Shown: one piece after another, positions 39,056-48,666 of the stretch
Position numbering within the stretch: the stretch's first letter is position 1
Layout: the number at the start of each line of letters is the position of its first letter
Source of the DNA: Coprothermobacterota bacterium
GTDB lineage: Bacteria > Coprothermobacterota > HKB111
Reading direction: 5' to 3'
Assembly (NCBI GenBank): GCA_037440465.1
Contig: JBBIUB010000001.1
Location: 128,001 to 192,000 of the forward strand
Length of the DNA: 64,000 bases
Position numbers and translations under genes: made by a program
Notes under the pieces: model-generated
Databases searched by the model: none
What the model was told of the DNA's origin: nothing
Seen by the model: the letters and a program-made list of their open reading frames with translations, nothing else

Positions 39056-40597
39056 TTGGTAATTATCCTGGATTTCGGTTCTCAATACACACAGCTTATC
39101 GTAAGAAAGGTTAGAGAGCTTGTTTTCTATGCGGAAGTTCTACCATTCAATGCCTCACTGAAGGAAATAAAGAACAAAAAGCCTGAAGCTTTAATTCTTT
39201 CAGGAGGACCAAGGAGTGTGCTGGAAAAAGATGCTCCTTCTATTGATAAAAACATCTGGACACTCAACATTCCTATCCTGGGAATATGTTACGGTTTGCA
39301 ACTCATGGCACGGGAATTCGGTGGAGAAGTGATTTCCTCTTCCTTTAAAGAGTATGGTCCAGTTCTACTCGAGTTGAAAAAAGAAGCTATACAAGAAGGG
39401 ATGCCCTTTTTCCACAACCTCCCTGAAAAAAGTCAGGTCTGGATGAGCCACGGTGATTTAGTCCATATTCCACCACCTTCTTTTAAAATCTTTGCCTCTA
39501 CCTTTACCTGCCCAGTTGCAGCCATGGGGAATCCTTCAAAAAAGATCTATGGGGTTCAGTTCCATCCCGAGGTAGCCCATACTACCTACGGAAAGATACT
39601 CCTCAAAAACTTCCTTGCAAATATTGCACATCTTAAACCTGATTGGAGTTTGAAGAGTTATTTAGACGAAGCTCTGAATAATATTCAGAAAGAAGCAGGA
39701 AATGGTAAAGTTATTTTAGCAATAAGCGGCGGAGTTGACTCAACAGTAACTGCTTTAATGTTAAACAAGGCAATACCCGATCAGAATTATCCTTTTTTCG
39801 TAGACCATGGCTTATTAAGAGAAGGAGAGGTAGAAGAAGTCTTGAATGCCTTGAAAAATGCTGGTATAAGTGTAAAACTTATTGAAGCCCGAAAACAATT
39901 TATAGAAGCTCTAAAAGGTATAGAAGACGGAGAGAAAAAGAGGAAAATAATCGGTAATGAGTTTATAAAAATATTAGAAAAGGAGTCCAGGGCCATACCA
40001 GGAGTCACTCACTTAGCCCAGGGCACCCTTTATCCTGATGTTATTGAGAGTGCAGTTTCAGTAAGTGGAGTTGCTGCGAAAATTAAGACCCATCACAATG
40101 TTGGCGGATTACCTGCTAATATGAAGCTTAAACTAATAGAACCCCTCAAATTTCTTTTCAAAGACGAAGTAAGAGAGTTAGGGGACATCCTTGGACTTCA
40201 AGCAGAGATTCTCTCAAGACAACCATTTCCAGGTCCAGGATTAGCTGTTAGAATAATGGGTGAGATAACCGAAGAGCGGATAAAAAAACTAAAAAAGGCA
40301 GATAAAATTGTGAGTGATGAGTTAAGAAAATGGGAAAAATACAGTGAAATATGGCAAGCTTTTCCCATTCTTACAGGTACAAAAACAGTAGGTGTAAAAG
40401 GTGATGAAAGAAGCTATGAGGAAGTGGTAGCTATAAGAGCAGTGTCTTCAGATGATGGAATGACTGCTAACTGGGTTGAACTTCCTTATCCAATTTTAAA
40501 GGAAATATCTGAACGAATCACAAGAGAAGTGGAGGGAGTTAATCGGGTGGTATATGATATAACCACCAAACCACCTGCTACCATAGAATGGGAGTAG
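39056..40597 (+). CDS. guaA: GMP synthase (glutamine-hydrolysing)
   Basis: LDFGSQY, GICYG, QFHPE, SGGVDS, KTHHNVGG, KPPATIEWE. Confidence 0.97.
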   Translation: MVIILDFGSQYTQLIVRKVRELVFYAEVLPFNASLKEIKNKKPEALILSGGPRSVLEKDAPSIDKNIWTLNIPILGICYGLQLMAREFGGEVISSSFKEYGPVLLELKKEAIQEGMPFFHNLPEKSQVWMSHGDLVHIPPPSFKIFASTFTCPVAAMGNPSKKIYGVQFHPEVAHTTYGKILLKNFLANIAHLKPDWSLKSYLDEALNNIQKEAGNGKVILAISGGVDSTVTALMLNKAIPDQNYPFFVDHGLLREGEVEEVLNALKNAGISVKLIEARKQFIEALKGIEDGEKKRKIIGNEFIKILEKESRAIPGVTHLAQGTLYPDVIESAVSVSGVAAKIKTHHNVGGLPANMKLKLIEPLKFLFKDEVRELGDILGLQAEILSRQPFPGPGLAVRIMGEITEERIKKLKKADKIVSDELRKWEKYSEIWQAFPILTGTKTVGVKGDERSYEEVVAIRAVSSDDGMTANWVELPYPILKEISERITREVEGVNRVVYDITTKPPATIEWE

Positions 40598-40614
40598 AGC
40601 GAGGTTGTAATAAT

Positions 40615-40713
40615 GTCATCCTGAATTAATTTCAGCATCTATTACTTCTAGTTTATAATAATAAAATCCAGAACTAACCCGTGAAACTAGTTCAGGGCAT
40701 GGTTTGGAATGAC
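40615..40713. repeat. REP-like palindrome family A, inverted pair between convergent genes
   Basis: gtcatcctgaattaatttcagcatct ... atccagaact-[aacccgtgaaactagttcagggcatgg]-tttggaatgac. Confidence 0.65.
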
Positions 40714-40724
40714 AAACTTATATC

Positions 40725-41429
40725 CTATCTGCCAAAGCGGCGCTCTCTTTTTTTGTAGTCTGTCAGAACTTTTTTAAACTCCTCTTCGGTAAAGTCAGGA
40801 AAGTAAAGAGGAGAGAAGTATAATTCTGAATAAGCTGATTCATATAATAGAAAATCACTGATTCTGAGCTCGCCAGATGTTCTGATGAGAAGGTCAACCG
40901 GTGGGCTTAGATGAGTGTCAAGGTAGGAATAAAAAAGTTCCTCATTAATAGAATCAGGATCCAGCTCTCCTTTTTTAACCCGGGTAGCTATACTTTTAAC
41001 AGCTCTTACAATCTCATCCCTACCTCCAAAATCCACTGCCAGATTAAGGTGCATCTTACCCTCTCTCTGCGTGAGCTCTTCTGCTTCTCTTATCAAAGAT
41101 AAAAGAGTAGAAGGCAGGCGGTCTTTTCGCCCCAGATGAACAAGACGAATACCTCTTTCTTTAAGACCTGGAAGCTCTTCCCTTATTATTTCCTCAGCCA
41201 AACTCATAAGAAAAGAAACCTCCTTATCATTTCTGTTCCAGTTTTCAGTGGAAAAGAGAAAGAAAGTCAGGTGAGGGATACCATAGTCAAGACCAGCTTG
41301 AATTAACTCCTTAACAAGGGAAAATCCCTGGTGGTGACCTTCAAAAGAAGGTAAACCCCTGGCTTTGGCCCACCTTCTATTGCCATCTACTATAAATGCT
41401 ACATGGTTAATCTTAGTTGTTAAAGACAT
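40725..41429 (-). CDS. uppS: Undecaprenyl diphosphate synthase
   Basis: DGNRRWA, FSTENW, GGRDEI, IRTSGELRISDF, RERRFG. Confidence 0.95.
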   Translation of the reverse strand: MSLTTKINHVAFIVDGNRRWAKARGLPSFEGHHQGFSLVKELIQAGLDYGIPHLTFFLFSTENWNRNDKEVSFLMSLAEEIIREELPGLKERGIRLVHLGRKDRLPSTLLSLIREAEELTQREGKMHLNLAVDFGGRDEIVRAVKSIATRVKKGELDPDSINEELFYSYLDTHLSPPVDLLIRTSGELRISDFLLYESAYSELYFSPLYFPDFTEEEFKKVLTDYKKRERRFGR

Positions 41430-43810
41430 TTAGTCCAACCGCAATTATGGCAGGTATCACAGCCTTCTTGACTGACGAGAGACTGGCCACATTCAGGGCA
41501 AAACTCTACCCCTTGGCCTTCTAACTGTACCTGCATTTTATCATCACCATAAGTTTCTCTCAATGTATTTAATGCTTCTTCATTATTTGTTTTGAAACCT
41601 ATAGGGGGTTTATTCTCCATATCTTCCAGTTCAACAGGTTTTTCCTCATTATTTCCAGTTAAAACACCTACACTGATTATAGGCTTTAATTCATTTTTTT
41701 TCGTTATAGCATTTTTTTCCTCTCTTCCAATTGCTTCACTGAGAGCTCTGTTTATACCATGTGCAACAGATCGTAACCCATCTGGTGACAGTTTATATGT
41801 TACTGGGCATAGAGGATTCTTAAGTTGTTCCAGAATTACCTCCAATGGAATACCATACTGTAGAGCTATGGATGTTAAGCGGGCAATAGCTTCAAGTTCA
41901 GCAGGTGCTCCACCACCTGATAAGCTGGCAAAAACTTCAACTGGCTTATTCCCTTCACCGAGATTAACTGTTACATACAGAGAACCAACTCCTGTATTAA
42001 ATTTCCTGGTAAATCCTCTTAGAACCCGGGGTCGTACCGAAAAAATCCTTTTTAAGGGAACTTTTTCTGTTTTCTGATTTTCAAGTGAAGCCGAAGGTTC
42101 ATAAGTTACGGAAAGAACCTGAGAATCCAGAGATGAATCTCGGTAAATGGTAACACCTTTACACCCCTCCTGATAAGCTAAAAGGTATACTCTTTTTACA
42201 TCATCTACTGTAGCCTGTCGGTGTAGATTAACTGTCTTGGAGATTGAGTTATGAATATACTTTTGCCAGGCACTTTGCATCTTGACATGCCATTCAGGAG
42301 CCACATCATAAGCTACCGGGAAGTACATTTTTACCTCTTCAGGGGCTTCTTTCATTTTTCTGATAGATCCGCCCTTTTCTACAACTTGTTTAACCAGCTC
42401 TTCTTGAGGAAATCCCTTATTAATCAGATATTCTACAAAAGTAGGAACTACCTCGTTAAAATCACCAGCAGTAATTGAACGTTTGTATGCTATTGCAAAA
42501 AATGGTTCTATTCCTCCAGTTACTCCAGCTAAAATTGAAAGTGAACCCGTAGGAGCAATAGTGGTAGTTGCAGCATTACGCATAACCTTACCTTCTTTTT
42601 TCCATTTGGACTTATTAATATTTGGGAAAGGACCCCTTTTACAAGCAAGGTCAATTGAAGCTTCTTCGGAATTCTTTGTTAAAAAATAACTAATCTTTTC
42701 AGCTTCTTGAAGAGCCTGATCGCTATCATAGGGTATACCTAATAAAGCTAAAGCATCAGCCCAACCCATTACTCCTAACCCAATACGACGATTACTCAAA
42801 GTTTTTTTCTTGATAGCTTCAATTGGATACTGATTGACTTCTATTACATTATCAAGGAAATGAACAGCTTCATAGATTGTTTTTCTAAAGAGTTCAAAGT
42901 CCCATTTGTAAAAACCATTTTCATTTTTTAACATAACCCTTAGATTAATGCTGCCCAGGTTGCAGGAATCATATGGTGCCAGGAATTGTTCTCCGCATGG
43001 GTTAGTACTCTCAATTTGTTCTCCATCAACAGGGTCCATGTCTCTTGCTCTGTCAATAAAAATCACACCAGGGTCTCCTGTTTCCCAGGCACGAGCAGCA
43101 ATAAGGTCAAAGACATTGGTTGCATCGAGGGTATCAACTACTTTGCCGCTTCTTGGTTCTATTAAATTATAATAAGGAGAACTATGTAGTAAAGCTTCCA
43201 TGAATTCTTTAGTAAGAGCTACTGAAATATTAAAATTGCGAAAAGATTTTTTATCACCCTTAGAGTTTATGAATTTAAGAATGTCAGGGTGGTCCACCCG
43301 CAAAACACCCATCATAGCTCCTCTTCTTACACCACCTTGTGCAATTGTTTCGCACATTACATCAAACACTCTCATGAAGGATACAGGTCCGCTTGCTGGT
43401 TGTCCGGTACTTTCTACTATAGCCCCTGCTGGTCTTAACATAGAAAAAGCCATACCGATTCCTCCCCCAGTCTTCATAATTAAAGCGCCTTCTTTAACAG
43501 CTTGAAAGATGCCATCTACTGAATCGTCAACCCTAAGTACAAAACATGCTGATAATTGCCCAAGAGGTCTACCAGCATTTATGAGCGTAGGTGTGTTTGG
43601 CAAGAAACGGAGAGATGTTAAAAGATTAAAAAAACTTTCTTCTAATCGTAATATTTCTTCTTGAGAAGAACCAAATCTCTCATCTGCTGAAGAGATAAAC
43701 TTCGCTACACGTAGAAACATCTCTTCAGGAGTTTCTACTATTTTTCCTGTATTATCTCGGGCTAAATATCTCTGTTCCAGAACTTTTATGGCTATATCAT
43801 TAAATTTCAT
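41420..43810 (-). CDS. nrdJ: Class II (adenosylcobalamin) ribonucleotide reductase
   Basis: PNTPTLINAG, QLSACF, QGGVRRGA, TNPCGEQ, TIAPTG, C-terminal CPECG...EGC..C..CGWTKC. Confidence 0.93.
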   Translation of the reverse strand: MKFNDIAIKVLEQRYLARDNTGKIVETPEEMFLRVAKFISSADERFGSSQEEILRLEESFFNLLTSLRFLPNTPTLINAGRPLGQLSACFVLRVDDSVDGIFQAVKEGALIMKTGGGIGMAFSMLRPAGAIVESTGQPASGPVSFMRVFDVMCETIAQGGVRRGAMMGVLRVDHPDILKFINSKGDKKSFRNFNISVALTKEFMEALLHSSPYYNLIEPRSGKVVDTLDATNVFDLIAARAWETGDPGVIFIDRARDMDPVDGEQIESTNPCGEQFLAPYDSCNLGSINLRVMLKNENGFYKWDFELFRKTIYEAVHFLDNVIEVNQYPIEAIKKKTLSNRRIGLGVMGWADALALLGIPYDSDQALQEAEKISYFLTKNSEEASIDLACKRGPFPNINKSKWKKEGKVMRNAATTTIAPTGSLSILAGVTGGIEPFFAIAYKRSITAGDFNEVVPTFVEYLINKGFPQEELVKQVVEKGGSIRKMKEAPEEVKMYFPVAYDVAPEWHVKMQSAWQKYIHNSISKTVNLHRQATVDDVKRVYLLAYQEGCKGVTIYRDSSLDSQVLSVTYEPSASLENQKTEKVPLKRIFSVRPRVLRGFTRKFNTGVGSLYVTVNLGEGNKPVEVFASLSGGGAPAELEAIARLTSIALQYGIPLEVILEQLKNPLCPVTYKLSPDGLRSVAHGINRALSEAIGREEKNAITKKNELKPIISVGVLTGNNEEKPVELEDMENKPPIGFKTNNEEALNTLRETYGDDKMQVQLEGQGVEFCPECGQSLVSQEGCDTCHNCGWTKCL

Positions 43811-43958
43811 GGCTCTCTCCTTTTTTATAATTATCCAATAAATTTTAGCACTTTTATAGTAAAAGATGCTATCTCCATACTAAAGTATGAGCTGTAAGAA
43901 CCCCCCCCACCTTAATCCTTCTGTTTTTATCATATTTTTCTGTGTTATAATTTTACAT

Positions 43959-44927
43959 ATGGAAAATATAGCAGTTAAAGCAGTAAATTTAAATAGAACA
44001 TACAAAAAAGGACATCAGGTAACAGAAGCCTTGAAGGGACTTTCTCTTGAAATCCAGAAAGGCGAACTTTTTGGAGTTCTTGGGAGAAATGGGGCTGGTA
44101 AAACTACATTTCTAAAAATCTTATCTACCCTTTTATACCCGACTTCCGGTCAAGCCTGGGTAGATGGGTGGGATGTGGTCAAAGAAAGTCACAAGGTAAG
44201 GGAAATCATAAATTTAGTCACAGGAGGTGAGAATTCAGGTTATGGCATTCTCAATTTAAGAGAAAACCTGTGGATGTTCTCTCAGTTTTACGGACTCCCA
44301 TCCCGTGAAGCCTTTAAACGTATTGATTATTATCTGGAGAGATTTAACTTAGCTGATAAGGCAAAGACCAGGGTAAGCGCATTAAGTAGCGGTATGAAGC
44401 AAAAAATGGGGCTCATACGAGGTCTTTTGAACGACCCCAAAGTTCTGTTTCTGGATGAACCGACAATAGGACTGGATGTGGAATCTGCAAGAGAAATAAG
44501 GTCTTTCCTGAAGGAATGGATGAAAGATAGCGATAGAACAACAATTCTGACAACACATTACATGTTTGAAGCTGAAGAATTATCTCATAGACTGGCAATA
44601 ATAGAAGGTGGTCAGATAGTTGCTTTGGGTACACCTGATGAGTTAAAGAGTCTGGCAGGCAAAGAACCTTTTTATGAATTAACTCTAAAAGGACTTCCAT
44701 TAACATACTCTTTTAACCTTGAAGGAATAAATCTTGTCACACGTCGTGATGAAAATGGAATGAGTATTTTAACAATTAAGTTGGAAGAAGATTCTCTACT
44801 CTCTGTTTTATTACAGAATATTAACTCTATTGGAGGAAACTTAGTATTTCTAAAGAAAAAAGAGCCTACCCTGGAGGATGCTTTTGTAAGCCTGGTTGGT
44901 AGAGGTATAGACGAAGCTGGGAAATAA
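43959..44927 (+). CDS. ABC exporter ATPase (DrrA-like)
   Basis: GRNGAGKT, LSSGMKQK, LDEPTIGLD; ATG 43959 preferred over 43887. Confidence 0.88.
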   Translation: MENIAVKAVNLNRTYKKGHQVTEALKGLSLEIQKGELFGVLGRNGAGKTTFLKILSTLLYPTSGQAWVDGWDVVKESHKVREIINLVTGGENSGYGILNLRENLWMFSQFYGLPSREAFKRIDYYLERFNLADKAKTRVSALSSGMKQKMGLIRGLLNDPKVLFLDEPTIGLDVESAREIRSFLKEWMKDSDRTTILTTHYMFEAEELSHRLAIIEGGQIVALGTPDELKSLAGKEPFYELTLKGLPLTYSFNLEGINLVTRRDENGMSILTIKLEEDSLLSVLLQNINSIGGNLVFLKKKEPTLEDAFVSLVGRGIDEAGK

Positions 44928-44932
44928 AAAAA

Positions 44933-45784
44933 GTGAAAGATAAATCCCTCAAACCAGCTTTACAGTTTTATAAAAAGATAATGTTAGAACTTCGTGCCAT
45001 TAGAGGTAGGGCTTATGTTAGAGTTACAGCCATAAGACGCGATCTGATTTTGCTACCCTTTCAAGTGGTTCTTCCTGTTTTAGGAGTTGCTGCCTATATC
45101 TACCTCTACCGTTTTTTAGGTGCTCCCCCTCAGTTTGGCACCCTTGTTCTTATTGGTGGAGTAATGACTACTTACTGGCTAAATATATTATGGTCTATGG
45201 CTTCTCAACTATACTGGGAAAGAATGACTGGTAATCTTGAGCTTTATTTTCTTATGCCTGCATCAAAGATGAGCATTCTTCTGGGTATGGCAGTGGGTGG
45301 AATGTATATGAGCACTGTAAGAGCTTTAGGCACTCTATTACTTGGGTTAGTAATTTTTCGTTTACCCATAGTCGTCAATAACCCTTTAATGGTAATTGTA
45401 CTTTTCATCCTTTCTTTATCTGCCCTATATGGGATGGGAATGCTCATGAGTTCAATCTTCCTGGTTTGGGGAAGAGAAGCCTGGCATCTTTCTAATCTAT
45501 TCCAGGAACCTATATATCTACTATCCGGTTTCTATTTCCCTGTGAAGTCCCTTGGATATACATTAGCTATGATAGCCTCTTTTATACCTGTTACCCTAGC
45601 TCTGGATGGAATGAGGCAACTTCTCATGCCAGGTGGAGAAAAGATGGGGTTCATTCCAGTCTGGCAGAGTATTGCAGTCCTATCAGCGATGGCTGTGCTT
45701 TTTCCTTTGCTAGCTTATTATGGGTTGGCATATATGGAAAGACTGGCTAAAAGAGCTGGGAGGATTACCACAAGGTGGCAGTAG
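44933..45784 (+). CDS. ABC-2 type permease
   Basis: WERMTGNLE, LSGFYFPV, multiple TMs. Confidence 0.85.
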   Translation: MKDKSLKPALQFYKKIMLELRAIRGRAYVRVTAIRRDLILLPFQVVLPVLGVAAYIYLYRFLGAPPQFGTLVLIGGVMTTYWLNILWSMASQLYWERMTGNLELYFLMPASKMSILLGMAVGGMYMSTVRALGTLLLGLVIFRLPIVVNNPLMVIVLFILSLSALYGMGMLMSSIFLVWGREAWHLSNLFQEPIYLLSGFYFPVKSLGYTLAMIASFIPVTLALDGMRQLLMPGGEKMGFIPVWQSIAVLSAMAVLFPLLAYYGLAYMERLAKRAGRITTRWQ

Positions 45785-46599
45785 AACTAAGTAGACTCAA
45801 CCCTTCCTGGAGAAAGTTCTTTGTCTCCCTTTGGGCTGGTTGGAAGATAACCAGTAATTGGACAGAACCCTTTATATTTTTTATCTACCTTCTTTTTAAG
45901 CCTTTATCCTCAGTGCTTATCCTGGTTGTAATGTTCTATGTCATTACTGGAAATTTCTCCGGAGAGCAACTTCTTTTTCTTTATGTGGGCAATTCCTTCT
46001 TCTCTATTGTCAGATCTGGTATATCTGCTGCCTGGGTCATTGCAGAAGATAGAGACTGGTTTGAAACTATAAAATCCATTTATGCATCTCCAGGGTCATA
46101 TCTTTCGCATATTCTTGGTAGAACAAGCGCTGATTTCCTCTTTTCCACTTTTTCTGCAGTAGTCTTACTTCTGGCTGGCACATTAATACTTCGCTTACCC
46201 CTGGGACTTGACCTTAGTCTAATGTTATATTTATTACCTTTAATATTAATTGTGACATCTGCTCTTGCTTTATTCTTTTCAGCAATAGCCCTCTTTGCCG
46301 GACATGGTGGTGAGTTCATTGTTGAAGGTTCTTCTGCATTCATTTACCTTTTTTCTGGAATTATCTTCCCAGCTTCTACACTACCGCCCATACTTAAAGA
46401 AGTGGCACTGACAAACCCACTTACACATCTTACCAATTTATTCAGGGCTGCTTTGAGGGTAGGGCCTTTACCAAATATCCATATTATCTGGCTTTACGCT
46501 ATATCCCTGGTCTTCCTTTTTCTAGGAGTTTTCTTCTTCAATTGGTCTTTCCGGTTGGCTTTAAAGCTGGGAATTCTAGACCAAAAAGCTTCTCACTAA
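45775..46599 (+). CDS. ABC-2 type permease
   Basis: FSGIIFP...LP...NPLT, multiple TMs. Confidence 0.85.
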   Translation: MAVELSRLNPSWRKFFVSLWAGWKITSNWTEPFIFFIYLLFKPLSSVLILVVMFYVITGNFSGEQLLFLYVGNSFFSIVRSGISAAWVIAEDRDWFETIKSIYASPGSYLSHILGRTSADFLFSTFSAVVLLLAGTLILRLPLGLDLSLMLYLLPLILIVTSALALFFSAIALFAGHGGEFIVEGSSAFIYLFSGIIFPASTLPPILKEVALTNPLTHLTNLFRAALRVGPLPNIHIIWLYAISLVFLFLGVFFFNWSFRLALKLGILDQKASH

Positions 46600-46607
46600 A
46601 ATCTTTC

Positions 46608-47092
46608 CTAACCTTTTTTGTTCTTTATATACTTGAGATAACTTTCCCAGTCCTTCTGAAAGTTCAGTAGCCCTATGTCTGTTAAGGGGTGTTTAAACAT
46701 CTTTTCTAAGACCGTAAAGGGCACCGTTACTATATCCGCACCGATCATAGCTGCCTCAATTACATGTTCTGGATGCCTGATGCTGGCAACTATAATCTCA
46801 GTCTCAAAGTCATAATTTCTATAAATCTGAACTATCTGCTCCACAAGCTCCATCCCCACATGTCCTATATCGTCCAACCTTCCAATAAAAGGACTTACAT
46901 AGGTACCCCCGGCTTTAGCTGCCAGTATAGACTGAAGAGGACTAAAAACCAGAGTGACATTGGTTTTTACGCCCAGGGTCTTGACTCCCTGGAAACCAGG
47001 GTGGGATTGGTGGTCACCCCGTCAATTACTCCCCACTCTACAGTTTTTTTGATTTCTTCTATGTTTGCAGTATCGAGGAAAATTTTCATCAT
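46608..47092 (-). pseudogene. fsa: Transaldolase/fructose-6-phosphate aldolase with internal deletion and frameshift
   Basis: GGAGG + MKIFLDTAN...[12 protein letters not shown], then another frame gives [14 protein letters not shown]...[11 protein letters not shown]...ASIR...HPLTD; the Schiff-base Lys region (VVKIP) is missing. Confidence 0.85.
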
Positions 47093-47287
47093 AACACCTC
47101 CTTGTATACAAATCAGCTTTAACTTTGCTTTTCTTTAATTCTACAAAGTCTTGTCCTTGTTTTTGAAATTATACAATAACTAGAATTATGTTGATATTAT
47201 CATGCGTAATTGAGAACAAGCTATTATTGGTAATTGGGGAAAGTGTACTTTGGTTGTTTCGGAATCTCATTATGTAGTACTTAAATA

Positions 47288-47376
47288 AGAGGTCCTGATA
47301 TAAATTCAGGATGACAAAAGAAAGATGAATTCAGGATGACGGTGGAGTGGAGATGCTGAAACGAGTTCAGCATGAC
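47288..47376. repeat. REP-like palindrome family A, three tandem units
   Basis: gaggtcctgatataaattcaggatgac; gaattcaggatgac; gagatgctgaaacgagttcagcatgac. Confidence 0.75.
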
Positions 47377-47394
47377 GGTAATCTGACAAAACCA

Positions 47395-47469
47395 TGGTGG
47401 GCGGAACAGGATTCGAACCTGTGGCCTCTTGCGTGTGAAGCAAGCGTTCTCCCGCTGAACTATCCGCCC
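47395..47469 (-). tRNA. tRNA-Val(CAC)
   Basis: GGGCGGATAGTTCAGC...cttgc TTCACAC gcaag...GTTCGAATC...CCCACCA. Confidence 0.93.
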
Positions 47470-47509
47470 TTGTGTTATTTTATCATACCAAAGTCAGGAT
47501 TGATTTTAT

Positions 47510-47647
47510 CAGATGCTTAAATAAATTGAAAAGAGAGATCTTGAAATAAATTCAGGATGACAGGATGGGAGGATGAGATCCTGAAATAATACTAAAACAA
47601 TCCTGAACAGTTTTCAAGGCATGGCTCAGGGTATGACTCAGGATGAC
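47510..47647. repeat. REP-like palindrome family A, including a doubly nested unit
   Basis: gagatcttgaaataaattcaggatgac; gagatcctgaaat[aatactaaaac[aatcctgaacagttttcaaggcatgg]ctcagggtatga]ctcaggatgac. Confidence 0.75.
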
Positions 47648-47695
47648 AGAGAAGAGATTGTAACCCTGAAGTTGCGGGTAAGGGGTGTTTTATAA

Positions 47696-48580
47696 CTATA
47701 TAGACTCTCTAAGATCCCATAGTAGTGCTAAATTTGCTTTAGGGTTAATGTAAGGTTCTAAAGAACCACTCTTTGAAGTAAAGATGGTGGTTACTCCGGG
47801 TCCATGACCGGCGAGAACACAGTCACTATGAGTTACTACACCAATAGTAACAGCTCCTTGATAAAAGATACGTCCGAAAGAATGGTCAGTATCCATTATA
47901 GCTATTATGTCACCGAATCGTATATCTTCAAGACCAAGCCTATCTACAGTTTCTTTGTCAAAAAGGGTGATATCATAATCACCACTCTGAACCTGAAAAG
48001 CCCCGAGTCCTGAACCCATGACCTGGGCTGGCACTATATGGGTTACTCCAACTCCTAATTTTCCATCCTTTTCTTCCAAGGTTAACTTATCAATCATTCG
48101 AGGGTCCAGGTTGAATGCTTTTATATTGGGATAATCAATAAGTTCAAGACCCATCCCATACGCTTTTATCAATATTTTATCGCCTGGAACAATCTTTTCA
48201 AGAACTTCAAAAGGATAATCTACCAAGACATGTTCTATTCCACCATGTTTCCCTACAACAATCCCTTTTTCACCCTTAGCTTCACCGCTCATTAAAATTG
48301 CTTCATTACCAAGACAACTCATAAGATTATAGGCTGTATTGGCAAGGTCACCAACAGCATCTTTCTCTTTATTCTTAGAAGACACACCGGGTTCAACATG
48401 GTCTGCTTTAAGACCAACAGCAATATCTCCAACTCTCAGGTTATAGGTAACTCCACCTGTTCCCGGGAGGATAACTGCTTCTCCCTCTGTTGTAATCCTA
48501 TAAGGGTATCTCATCTGGGGAGAACTGACCTCTCCCACAACCGAAATCATAACAAGCTTGTCTTTATTTGTTCTTACCAT
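47696..48580 (-). CDS. DUF4438-like conserved protein
   Basis: AAGGAGG SD + ATG 48580; RTNKDKLV, PGTGGVTYN, ADHVEPGVS, GKHGG, GHGPGVT. Confidence 0.75.
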   Translation of the reverse strand: MVRTNKDKLVMISVVGEVSSPQMRYPYRITTEGEAVILPGTGGVTYNLRVGDIAVGLKADHVEPGVSSKNKEKDAVGDLANTAYNLMSCLGNEAILMSGEAKGEKGIVVGKHGGIEHVLVDYPFEVLEKIVPGDKILIKAYGMGLELIDYPNIKAFNLDPRMIDKLTLEEKDGKLGVGVTHIVPAQVMGSGLGAFQVQSGDYDITLFDKETVDRLGLEDIRFGDIIAIMDTDHSFGRIFYQGAVTIGVVTHSDCVLAGHGPGVTTIFTSKSGSLEPYINPKANLALLWDLRESI

Positions 48581-48666
48581 ATTACCTCCTTTCTGATATG
48601 TAATGTGATACTCGCCACACTTTACAGATTTTCTGTCACTCTTCACAATTCACATTTTTAACTAGG

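Noticed and set aside
43811..43900. Cobalamin riboswitch or NrdR boxes upstream of nrdJ
   Set aside because: Region is short with only weak AT-rich palindromes; no convincing consensus
47188..47277. 29-codon ORF between fsa and repeats
   Set aside because: No SD or recognisable homology
34907..47469. Genomic island bounded by the two tRNA-Val genes
   Set aside because: Different anticodons and T-arms, both complete; interval holds core genes (guaA, nrdJ, uppS) and no integrase
47288..47647. Possible CRISPR array (repeated ttcaggatgac)
   Set aside because: Units are degenerate, irregularly spaced, nested and interrupted by a tRNA; no constant repeat-spacer period
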